DNA of 39,279 nt from Seison nebaliae (taxonomy: Eukaryota), in contig JALJEE010000911.1 in the NCBI GenBank assembly GCA_023231475.1, forward strand, positions 1 through 39,279. Direction: 5' to 3'. This document shows, piece by piece, positions 1 to 12,800 of the stretch. The notes below the pieces were generated by a model that worked only from the letters and a program-made list of their open reading frames with translations, ran no database searches and was not told where the DNA came from. Position numbers and translations under genes: made by a program. Every line of letters begins with the position of its first letter. Position 1 is the first letter of the stretch.

Positions 1-482
1 GGATTCCTGTGGACAAGTGAACCCGGTATCACTAGTTCGGTATCAATAAGAGAATAAGGCAAGGCTCTATTTTGACATCCTGGATGTTCAGGAAAATCAT
101 ACACGAGATAATTGATCTCATTAATCATCGTTTATCTTTCACTATTGATGGTAAACGTTATCTGGCACTCTGTGCATATGTCCGACATCTGTCGAACACT
201 AAATGCACTTAATTCCATAATGCCCAAGTGATGGGGATATGAAGTGCGAAGTGAATTGTATATTATTATATACACATTGTATAGGACTCTTATCATGTCT
301 GGATTTTTTTTCTCCATAATGTCTTATTCGAGGACTTATTGAGGACTCTCTGGAGGACTCGAGTCTTATCACTTTGGACTCACGGATCATAATCACAGCA
401 CTAATAAATCCTTGTGTTCATTGGTCTATATGTCGAGTTCGACGGTTGTTTCGGGTTGTCTTACTCTATATTTTACTCTACA
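1..482 (+). mobile_element. Possible 3' part of an LTR or other repeat, truncated by the window edge
   Basis: Less AT-rich than the flank, with no credible ORF. Internal short repeats (GGACTC/GGACTT; TTACTCTA twice). AATAAA at 403-408. The block ends in ...CTCTACA at 482, just before very AT-rich DNA; TG...CA termini are typical of LTRs. Confidence 0.3.
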
Positions 483-705
483 ATTGAAAATTCAAGTAAA
501 TTAATATTAATTAATTAATAAAAGAAAAATGTCTCCAGGAAATATTTTTGGAGTTCAAAATAAATTATATTACTAAATTGTTTATTGGGTACTAAAACAA
601 AGGAGATGGAAAAGAAAAATATTAAATGAAATAATTCGTAGTATTTAATTTAATTTCTACATAAAAGAAAAGAAGTGTCACAACACAAAGACAGTTACAA
701 CAATT

Positions 706-1534
706 TTAAAATTGAATGTGGAATTTCCAATTTCTTGCGAAAGTCCCAAAAGTTCCACCGAGTACACAAGTATCCCACAATCCAAAAGTATTAGCATGGT
801 GAAAGCTTATTTGGAATTCACTTTTATGCGTAGAAGAATTGTAGGATTGACAATTATGTAAATCATATCTTGCCGCAAATGTCCAATGTACAAAATCACT
901 TTCATATTTGTGTGATTTGTTGGCAAATTTTACTCCACAACGTTGAATTATATGCGGACTTACTATAGATGGGTTGTATTCGATTTTGAATTTCAAACAA
1001 ATTGGTCTTAATTCACTTAATTGATGCAGAAAGTTCAAACCTAAATTAAAGTGCTCATTGTTATCCCAATAACCATTTCCATATTGTTCTAATGTTTTAC
1101 TGGATGGTTTTCCATGGGTGAATAAAAAGTATCCCGGTTCATCGGAAAGTGAAACGGAATAATTTTTTGTTTCCAAAAGTTTCTCATAATAAAAAGTGTA
1201 ATCTAAAGAAGAAATAATCTCAGCAATTTAATAAAATCATCAAACTTTTTTTGAGAAAGATAATATTTTTATCTTGAATAATTTCCGCACTCAATTTAGA
1301 GAATTTAATTGAACTGCCATTTGTGGTATTTAATAGACCGATGCAATCATAGGAGAGACTACAGTTTACCAATTCTTTCATAATACAAATATTATTCTCA
1401 TATTCGATTCCATTTCTTGGTACATAAATGTCTGATAAATGTACATGAATAGATGAATTCCATACGATTCCTAATATTCCAAATAAGATTAACTGACGAC
1501 TTATTACCAAATAGATACTCTGTACAAAGTTCAT
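706..1534 (-). CDS. Secreted protein, 2 exons (1534-1246, 1202-706), 261 aa: signal peptide, degenerate PAN/Apple-like Cys motif, divergent fibrinogen-C-like region
   Basis: A 43-nt phase-1 intron 1203-1245 (GTTTGA...TTTAG) joins ORFs 1220..1534 and 706..1176 in frame. Hydrophobic N-terminus and CIMKELVNCSLSYDCIG. YGNGYWDNNEHFNLGLNFLHQLS resembles the FReD motif YxxGFG...EFWLGLExIHxLT. Confidence 0.65.
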
Positions 1535-2248
1535 CGAGAAAGATTGAGAAAATGAACATTTAAAATTTCTCCTTTTTTAATAAGACTGAAAACAATATTT
1601 TATTCAAACTCCATAACAGACTTAGCACAATGACCAGAAAATGTTGTTTTTAGGAGTATCGGATTAATTAATGTAAATGACGTCAAACTCTAAAAAAACG
1701 TCAAAACTTATTCCTTTTTCAGAATAGGAAAATGGTATTGAATTTCCTTTAGAGGTTTTTTTCCCATATTTTTCTTATTGTGAAGAGGCGAATATACGAT
1801 TTCTTATCATTATTCTTATTCATTTTTCAATTTTAATTTGATTCTATTACATTGAAATAACATTAACTTTATCATATTTCTATCAAGTCATCCATCCATA
1901 TCACATTTCATAGATACCATTCGATCATTGCGTAATAATAAACTTTAGTTGCCGACGATAATCCTCCAAAAATATTTTGGCGATTTTTACAATTTGATTA
2001 ACTATCTGATCAATTTAAATTATGAGTAAAAAATAAAAAATTGTAAAAGAAAAGTCTCCCAGAAGAAGAAATAGTTGAGAAATAAAGTAATCGATAAATA
2101 TCGGTTAGTTGAAAAGGATTTTAATATTTCCGAAAAAAATATGATAACAAAAAAACAATTTAGAAGAAAAATCAATATCTTCGTATTTCCTATTATTCTT
2201 TTCCACGATTATATAAGGGAATGATTCCCATTCTTCATTGCAAGAAAA

Positions 2249-3057
2249 ATGACCTATAAACTTTTAGTTGTTCTAATTCTTAATTCGTTACTATCAATTT
2301 CGAATGCTGTCAAATACGAATTAGTTGCAGGGAGGATACCTTGTCCTGCTGCTAGAAGATTGGCTTTGGAGTGTTCGAAGAATAGTATGTGTCTTGGGTT
2401 CCGACAACAGGGGGGCGAATTAAAAGTGTTGGTTAAGAAGGAGATTATGTTGTCTACCGTTCCTAGCGATTTCTACTTGTCTAAAGGTTTATTTTGATAT
2501 ATTTATTGATAATTTCTTTTTGACTTGAATGGATCTGATGGAATTTTAATTGATCTTTTGAATTCATTTTAATTAAATAATTAAAATTTTTTTTCATAAC
2601 TAATTTTTCTTTCTGTTTATGGTGATCAGAAGCGAAAGCGTTTCGTAAAAACCTTATCGAAATTGTTAAATTCAAAGACAGAGGAATACTTATCACAAAG
2701 ATGAAGAAGGAAAAGCGAATTTTTTTGGCAATGATACCTGCGTATGATAGTAGAAATAATTCAAACCCGAAAACTCCCAAATATGTGACAAATTATAATT
2801 TTAATATTGGTGTAGAAATGTTATATTCGTTTGTAAAAACACAAAATACAACATTTAGATTTGGTTGTGCGAATATAATTCATTCCAATTATCATAATTG
2901 TGTACTAGTGAAGGAAAATAGTTTTTTTATAAGTTGTGATAATTTGGAACGGACGGAAATTGGATCTCCATCTTTAGAATGGTATTGGAATGAACCGAAA
3001 ATATGTGCCAAATTTTCAGACGCCTGGTCAAGATCTATTTTTGTTCGTTTCGAATGA
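2249..3057 (+). CDS. Secreted protein, 2 exons (2249-2486, 2630-3057), 221 aa; probable distant paralog of 706..1534
   Basis: Signal peptide MTYKLLVVLILNSLLSISNA and Apple-like CPAARRLALECSKNSMCLGF. A phase-1 intron 2487-2629 (GTTTAT...ATCAG) joins in frame to ORF 2701..3057. FNIGVEMLYSF parallels FNLGLNFLHQL in the neighbour. Confidence 0.65.
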
Positions 3058-3857
3058 TAGACGGAGAAATAAACAGAAATTATAATTCTTCTTTGCACTT
3101 CGATTGAAATACAATGCGATGACAGTTGAGAACTTTATCCGATAACTATCGAAAATCTGAGAGAGCATGAAAACTATTTACAAATAAATTGTAGTAACTT
3201 ACAAGAAGAATATAAACAATCATTTATTTATTACTATATCCTTGTATCTTATACTTTTATTGCTATTATTTTGATACAAATGGAATTTGAAGGACTTCCC
3301 TTAATTATTCCAAGTTAATGCTTTCTCGTTTTTCCGTTTAGAATTGCCATTTACTACATTTATTCAAATAATTGAACATATTTTGTTTACAAAAACTATT
3401 CACATGAAATTTTATATATAGGTTAAGAGAGAGAGGTGCGCTTAAAGATGTGCATAGAAAATGCAAAAAAAATTATAGTTTTCTATAACCAATTTTAATA
3501 AAAATTTGTATTTCTGTGTTACTAACAACTTGTAATAATATAACAATTTGTATGAAGCTGAAGAAGATAGAGTATTTCAAAAAGTTATCAATGAATGATT
3601 ACAAAAAATATTTTCGAAATATGCACAATAATTGTGCAAATTTTTAGCGAAAAAAAAATTGTAAAACCAAATAATTCTCTTGTTAATTAAAAGAAATTTA
3701 TAATTTCTTGAGAATTCTTAATTTTAACTATGATTTATAATTATTTACCATTTCTAACAAGTAAGTAGTTTTGTTGAAGTGACATTAAAAGTATTGTGGA
3801 AAAAATTTTAAAAGTAATTTGAAAGTTTAATGAATGAAATAGAAAATTAAAAGTTAT

Positions 3858-6800
3858 TTAATCTTGATTGAGTGTTAAACAAACACCTTGCAAGATCCAA
3901 TGGCTGCAATGTTCTCGAGTATGAAGATCGGCTTCAAAAACTAAACCCACTCCCATCGCATTACGACGATCGGATGTGATATAAACAGGACATCGATAAG
4001 TATTCTGAAAATTAGACGTTAATTGGGAAACAATTGAAAAGAAGAGTAACAGCCAATTTGAGTTTGTGAGCTTCAATGGGAATCACTCTTAAAACAGGTA
4101 ATTGTTGAATAAGTTGTTTCGGTTGTTGTCGTATCAGTTTTTGTCCTTTCACGTCCCATGCAGCACCTTCTAAATAAAGACCTTGTACATAACATCCTTG
4201 AATTGCTCGTTCAACTACGTTATCTCCATCTTCCATTTCCGTTACCTAAAAATATTTTATCAAAATTAATTTTTTTAAAATTTTCACTTCAGTGTACAAT
4301 GTCGATTTATCTAATGACCATCCATGCATTCGACATGTCGCTTGTACCAATGCAGTTAAATAGGATTCTGGCACGTGTAATCCACTTAACCAAATGGCTT
4401 TCGGTTCGTTCTCATTTATCTGTTCAATCATAGAATGTAAAGAATAAATAATATCATAATTTTGAAAATAAATGGAACCCATTCATTATATTGTGCGATT
4501 CGTCGTTGGAAGAAATCGATCCATTTACCTAAATTCTTTTTCGTGATTGGCGTTAAACGACTCCAACTATTTGGTAGTCTTGCATTATACAACGATTTGG
4601 ATAAATCATCTAATTCACTCGACATTCCCACTTCTCCTTTCAATGCCTTAAGTGAATGGTAATGGTAATGAAAATATGGTAAAATTTAAGAGAACTTTTC
4701 TCAGAGTCGTCAACGTCTTGTACATTTTTGATAATAAATAATTAAATCGATCAAGTTCTTGAAATAGAACGATGGTCGTTGGTGTCATTTTATCCTTATA
4801 TTTCTGTCGAATCTTTTCCAAATCATATTTCTTCGGTACTTTCTTCAATATGTCCACTGCTATCGAATCGATGTAGTCTTCTCGACTCATCGACGTGGAC
4901 GAATCACCTAAAAATGAATATAATTCAAATTCAAATTATTAATCGTCGGTTAACTTGTCTGAGGTTGCAATTCCAACAGTTGCATCCACATATCTTTTGC
5001 ACTCTTCGTATAATATCCAATTTCTGCATTGGCATGTAAACCGAATACTTCCGGTGTATTTACCAGTGGCATTGTCTCGATATATTCTATATTTAAAATC
5101 AAAAATTATTCTTCTATATCATAAATTGAAAAATATTATAGAAAGAATCTAGTCTTACATTTCGACTAGATAGTAACAGAAAGTTTCTAGTTAATCACTA
5201 CGGCACAATAGAAGATGTAAAGTAAGAAAGTAAAAGTTGTTAGAGAAAAATTGACTAAATATTTTTTGGTTAAATTAAATCGATCATCTTACCTTTACAT
5301 TGATCTTTTAATGAAAATATGGAACAAAGTTAAATAAAGCATTTGAAATTAATCAATCAGAAAATGATTAGAAAGCAGAAAATTCAAAAGGAAATTGATG
5401 AGAATTAAGGAGAAACCTAAATATAATTCTTTCGATACCAATGCCGTCAAATCTTCCATATTCTTCAATTTCTTACCTAATTCATTTTAAAAAATAAATA
5501 AAATAATTTTTGAATATTTGAAATAATAGAAACCGACTAACCTTGGCTTTTAGCCAACAACTCGGCTTTGGCTTTCTTTTCTTCTTCGGTGAATTCTTCT
5601 GATGGTTGAGGAATAACATAACTGACTTCCTCGTTTTGATAAAAGTGGAAAGGTTGAAATTTATCAAATATGAAATCACCCATATATTCATCCATATAAG
5701 TTCGGAGGATACGACGATCGAAATCATCAATCGCCCTACCACCATACATCACTTCTCCAATCAAATACTTCAATGAATTCCATGGCATTAATAACGGATT
5801 CTTACTGAGATTGGCTTTAGTCAAATATGTATTAATTATCTGCATACATACTCGGAAATCACTTTCATTGAAATCGTAACCGATATTCCATCCAATCTTA
5901 TCATATTTCCGTCGTTCAATAACCACAGCATGGAAGAACGCCAGAACGTATACTAGCGATGGAAATGATGGATGTGAACATTCATATAATGCATTGGCTG
6001 AAATACGATGATAAGTATTCCTCAAATTGAGTTTTAAACCATTTGGTGGTTCTGTCACAACTTTAACGGATCGTTGTAGAATACCAATTGGGAAGATTGG
6101 TGAGGGATCGGTTGTTAACCATAACCGGAAATCGGGATGCGGTTTCGATAAAGCTTCGATATCTTTCTCTAACCGTTTTAACCATTTGGGAAGTAAATGA
6201 CAATTTTGTAACATAAGCCAATAACCGCGAGACGCGGATTGTTGTAACAAAGATAGAGCTACAGTCTCTTGACCTTGTCCCATAGCTAATAGACGAACTT
6301 TACTCGCACCGAAATTTGAACGTTCGGCAAATTTCAAGAGATCAGTAGTGGGATCAGATCCTGGGCTTAGAATGAATACGATGGGAGAGAAAGCGGTTGA
6401 TTGTTCCCATATTGCTTCAAATTGAATGACTGGCGGAGTGACATATGCTTCTCCCATCATATCGGTAACAAAATTATTGATGGATCGATAAACGCGATCG
6501 ATACGGAAACATCGAATAAGAATCAGTTTTTGAAATAATTCTAATTCGTCATATTGTAATGGAAATGGTTGTTTTTCTGGTGTATCAAAATTGAACCACG
6601 TTTTCCACACTTCTTCATTCTTATCAATATCATCTAATAAAGTTCCGAATGATTCTGGAAATTTCGCCGCTAATGCAACACAATTCTCCCATGCATCGGA
6701 TGGAAGCCAATCGAAATTTTTTTGTCGTTCACTTTTCGTCAACGAAATATTTCCTTTGATGAAGAAATCTAATTCTTCTTGACTGATCGTTTCTTTATCC

Positions 6801-9800
6801 ATTTCCAATTTGACGGTTATTTGAAAGGAGAATAATAATTTATGTTTTTCAAATATACCTGTACATCCATAAATGTATACATTCGATGTTAACGTATGAA
6901 TTATGTTATTTAGACGTTTCTTAAGAACCGTATCAGGTAGACTTTTTTTTAAACTATATTCAAATACATCCAAATAAGCCGCCAATGAATATTGATACAT
7001 ATTGTTTACCGAACTCATTTGTGCTAAAACAAAGAAGAGAATTGCCCCTCGTTTGGCTGCCGGTCGATAACCGTCACGTAATCTCTCAATATCTTTCGCC
7101 GTATTAGCTCCTTGTTTTAATTTCTCCATTACTTCATCTGCTTTATTTTTCGTATCCTCTAATGTTTGAACTAATTCCACATTATCTAACATGTTTCCAG
7201 TGGCGGTAGATAATTCACGAAGTAACGCGTCTTCCAATTCGTATAAGAGACGTTTATTATCAAAAGTATCTTGAATAAGACGTTCTCGTTGTTCTTCTAA
7301 TTCACGTCGTTCATTCTTCACCAATACTGAAAGTAATTGATCTTCCAAACCTTTCAGAGTTACCGTGTAATTGATGACTAGACTCGAACCGAAATGCGAG
7401 GGAGTCAAGCGAGGATTTGGTATTTTTGAATTTAAATATAATCGGAAATTCGGATCATATTCCACTTCTTTATCTCCCAATAAAACAAATTCTTGTCCTG
7501 GTGGTCCTTGAATATTCTTCTGGAGGACATTATCAATAACCGGATCGACATATTCATCGACATCTTGAAACACGACTGGGAAACCATATTTGATGGCCAT
7601 TTCTAATTGTTTCAAAAAATCAGCGTCATTAAATGTCAACAATTTCAAATTATTTTTTTCTTCTCGTCTTCTTATCCAATTCATGGCTTGTTGTTGTGGA
7701 TCGATACAATAAGGAAATCGACTACATTGTGTTGTTAGAATACCGTTTTGAACGGATAAATCATCTGGTGGTAATCCTTCTGATGTCCATCGACTGATTT
7801 CAACTTCTGATGTGAGTAAATGTTCTAAAGTGAAATCTTCTGACATTGGTATCTTTCTACTTTTAATATCTTTCAACCAAACTTCAAACAATAATTCTTT
7901 CCGATATTCCCAAGTAAACGCTCCGAGATAAGCAAGAAATGATGCACAAATCAAACAATTGCCCAATAACAATAATCGTTTTTCTTGCAATTCAACCGAT
8001 TCCAATTTCCATCGTTTCTCTTCCGAACTGAGACCACTCATCAATTTTTCAGCAGCTACTAATCGTCTTTCCATAATTTCATTTTCATCCTGTAATTGTT
8101 TCTGTTCAGCTTTCGCTTTCTCATATTCCGAATTCAGTCTTGCTAATTCTTCTTCCACTCGATTCAATTCTCGTTGAGTTTTCTCTAAGTCCTTCTCCGC
8201 TTGATGTAAATCATTCTCCAATTTAGCCACTCGATCCTTTTTCGGTTTGACCATTTTATAAACTGCTGCATAACCGACCGTGGCTTTGACAAATTTCAAA
8301 AGACCGGCACCAGCTCGGCTTACTTTTTTCATGTCCTCCATCTCTTTCACGTCACGATCAGCTTCATTGGTCATACCTTTCGTTTCGAATTTATCCGAAA
8401 TTTTCCCTAAAATTATTTTACATTCGTTCAAAATCTTTTTAGGATTCTTTTCGATATCGACCGATTTCAATTTTTGTAGAAAGTTCGGATCAGCCATCAA
8501 TCCTTTTGCTGATTTCCAACCAATTTCTTTATCGAACAATACACAAATACATTCACAAACAAATTGTACAGATTCGGGCGGAGTTGCAAACGCTCGAATT
8601 TCAGTTACGTCATTTCTGTCGATATCATCCAAAGCTAATTTTGCGGCTTCTAATGCTGGTAATGCTTCCTCCAAAACCTCTTCTGCTTCGGCTTTTTCTT
8701 TCGAAATTATTTTTCTTTGTGACGCGATTTCCGTTTGTTTATTCTCAGCGAAATGTTTCTTTTTCGTCGCAATTTCCGTTCTCTCACCAATCGTCACTAA
8801 TAAATTTTCACAATCCTCAGTTTTTTTCTTCAATTCGATTCGTTGAATTTCCAATTTGATATTCAATTCATCTAATTGTTCGGCTGCCATTCGGATCTTA
8901 TCCAAACCGCCATGTAATCGTTCGTATTGTTCGATATTCTCTTTCGTCTTCACATCTAGAATACTCACATAACTTTTAATAAAATCCAAATAGTTTTTCG
9001 GTGTGGCAAAATTTGTACGACGTAATTTCTGCTGGAAAACGTCGCTGTAGAATTCTACACTTTGATGAACAGTTACCATATGTAAAACCATCGGACTTTT
9101 CTGTTCTGGTGGAATGAGTGTCTTCTCCGCTGAGAGGAATCGATCCGCCACTGCAAACAATGCTTGTTCGGGCCATGGGAGAAACCAGTCGATGGTACAA
9201 TTATTTACTAAGCCTGGAAAATTTCGACATCGTTTTTGTAAAACACTTCCGACTGGTGACATGGCTAGAACTATGTGTAAATTATAACGACATTTTGATA
9301 CAAAATATTGCCATACTGCTTCTTTCACTTGTTCACTACCGTGTTTGACGGCTTCATCTCGAATATTATTAATAATATTCTCTCGTTCCTCATCAGCATA
9401 TAACGCCGGTACCATACCAGATGTCAACATATTATTAATGATTTCAAGAAATCCTTCTTCAGCTACATGTTGATCACCGAAAATAAAAACGACCGGATGA
9501 TTATCTACACCCAACATTTGGTAGAGAACTTTGAGATCTTCTCGGAATTGTTGCTCACCATAACCACGAGAGAGATTGATATTAAATAATTTATAATCAG
9601 CTGTAAATGCGGCTAATCTTGTCAGAGATTGTTTACCTGAACCACCTACTCCGACTAATAACATATGGTTGGCATCTAAACGTATCGCTCGATGTATTCG
9701 AGTCAAATGAGAGAGAGCATCGTTAAATAGAACGAGATTCATTGGCGATTGATTTGAATTATATTCGGCGAGAATTTCTTCAAATATCGCTAATATTGCT

Positions 9801-12800
9801 TCGAAATCTTGCATGTCTTCATAGATTCGAGGTTCGGTGGAATCGAGGGCATTCCGATAATCACCATAAAGAATCGGATTGCGTAAAATATATTCTAAAT
9901 CATGTTTGAATTCTTTTTGGCCACTAATTAAATCTTCAATTTTTTTCGTTACGACATTTCGATCTTCATCACTTATCAAACGATCATAAACGACTCGGAG
10001 ACATTCATTTCTCCAAACTCTCGCCATCGATTTAACAGTTTGAAATTTCTCTCTGGTTGTCATACAGAAACCGGAATAAATTCGAGATAAATCTCTCAAA
10101 TTGAAAATATAATGAAATTTCGATGGTGTTGGTGGTAATTTGACGACAATCGTTTCGTAAAGATTGAGAGTCATATCACCAAAAATATCGACCAATTCTT
10201 GAATTTCATCTGGAAATCCGATTAAATGACCAGCGAGTATTCCGTTATAAATGGATAATAAGGAATCTTTCGTAGGGAATTCCACATTGTATAAATTGAA
10301 GAGTGAAATGAATCTGGGATCGACATCATTTCTACCTCCACCAGGACGTCCCATCGCACCGAAATAGAGGAGATCTCTCATAAATTTCCAATTGAGATCT
10401 TTCGACCGATCATAAATACCATTTTTCTCAATTAACAATTTGAGTAAAGCGATTGGTTGTTGAGTGCCATATTCGTCCACTTTCGGCATATTAAGATCGT
10501 CAATAAAAACAATCAATTTCTTTCCACTTGGTGGACCATAAGCATCTTTCGTTCTTTTCTCTACATTCGATTCTAAATTTCGTTGAATGTCCAAACTAGT
10601 CGTTCTCGACGAGAAATTGACAGACATTAATATATTAGTTAAGCCATCTAAATTTTTCAAAAAGTTTTGCATCGTCGCTGTTTTGGATGTTCCGGATTCA
10701 CCTACGATTAATACCGGTCGACGTACATCATACATGTGATTGAATATCCATTCCATTCGAACGGTATCGACAGTTGGAACTAGAATTTCTGGAAATCTCT
10801 TCATCGGATCATGTTGATATGATGGAACTATATCCTTCCATGGTTGCCATTGATATTTGGTGGGATCGATGGCATTTAACATATAATCATACCATAAAGG
10901 ATGAGCGGTAGGAATTTCTTTCGAATCAACAACAAATTGTGTTTTCGGTGCTGATGGCATAGCAGCTAGGTCTTTAATGAAAGTATCGAATGTAATTCGA
11001 TCATTCCCAACAAGAACGGCACCAAGTGACAAATAAATACATTGAATGAAAATGGCACGAATAATATTATCATTAAATAATTTTATGGATAATTGAGGTT
11101 TAAGTAAAGCGGTTAACATGAATGTTAATTGTGTGATCATATTTAAGGCGGTTTGTGGAATGACACATTTCATTCGATCACCTAGAACATCTTCGACAAT
11201 TCCGTACACGATCATATTTATGGATTGAGGAACAAATTGATCATATAAAGTTTGAATATAAACTTTCAATTCATTCGTACATGATAATTGATTTAACCAT
11301 TTCTGCCAAAATGGATTATATCCTAAATTTTTCGGATCAACAAAAACCATACCACAACGAGAAACGGTGGCGGGTGACGCATATTGCAAATCGCCAACTT
11401 CAAATAAAAGTGCACAATGTGCTTGTAATCTGATACGCTCACCATTCGCTAATGTCAATAATTTATTATCGTCCATCACTGAATTCATATTCTCTACCCA
11501 CAAAGCGTCAACATCACCATCAAATAAAATATATCTTCTTTCTTTCTTTTCAGTTGGACGATTAATTTCACGGAAAATATTCGATAATAAACCATCAGTC
11601 CAATCACGTGATGCCGGATCTAAAATACCATATAATTCCACTACTGTACATGCTTTCGCATTCATTATATAAGTTTTAGTTGGTAAATCGAGATATGTTT
11701 GTGCTTGACATAACGCTTGAATTACTACCGTTTTACCACCACTCGTCGGTCCCACAATCATGACCGTATGACGAGTCATCATTGTTTCATATAATTGAAC
11801 AACTTTATCTACTTGATGTGGTAGTAAAATATATTCATTTTGAGTTAATACATGTTCGACGGCGTCATTGAAATCTGGATATCTCATTCGAGGACATTCC
11901 AATCCAGGAAATAAATCATCAATCAAACCCAAAAATAATGGAACATCTTCATAGACGAATTTTGGTAGATTCATATCTCGCAATGCTCTCATCAATACGA
12001 CATCTTCAGGTAAATCTAACGAGGTTCTCTTCAATTCACCAGCCATTACCAACACCGATTTGAGTGCACGTAAACCGAAATCGTAATGATGTTGTTTCGA
12101 TAATTGTTCACGAGCTAATCGATATAGAACGGTCATTTTTTTCGCGAGAACTCTTGCCATTGCAAAACCTTCACTGAATAACATAATTTCACAAATTTGT
12201 TGTAAATCGGGTACGATGCATACGACGGGACGGAATAAAGCTTTGACTGATTCCGGTAATTCCGTTCGACCTGCATAACCTGGATTCATGGTAATGAAAA
12301 CACCGACACGATTATCAATTTTAATTCTTTGTCCTTCGAAATCGAATTCTTTTACTTTTTGAATGAGTGCCTGTTGAATTGTTTTTAGTTGTGCTGAAAT
12401 GACTGAGAGAACAGATGCATCAATTCGATTAAATTCATCGAAACAACCCCAAGCACCACATTGACAAAGACCATTCAAATTTTTCCCGATCGCTTTATAA
12501 TCCATTCCTTCACCACAATTCGTTACCACACACAATAAGCCAAGGGCTTTAGCTAAGTCTTTTGTGGTTTCCGTTTTTCCAGTACCAGCAGGACCAGCTG
12601 GAGCTCCTCCCAAATACATTGACAATGCTTGAGTAATTGTTAAGTAGATACGATCAGTTAATGGTGTAATTACCAGACGACCATTCAATCCCATATATTC
12701 GTAACCATAACCGAATTCACCGGTACATTGACGGATGAATAATTCGTCTTTATCTCTCATCCAATAAAATCTCAATTGAGATTCCCAATCGAATTCTTTC

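Noticed and set aside
5159..5165. Second AG|TCGAAAT|GTAAGA microexon candidate in dynein intron 8
   Set aside because: It is 7 nt long and would shift the frame, alone or together with the 12-nt candidate.
3858..5540. Fragmented dynein 3' ORFs suggesting a pseudogene, frameshifting or stop-codon reassignment
   Set aside because: Short GT-AG introns explain every break and restore one continuous frame in the standard code.
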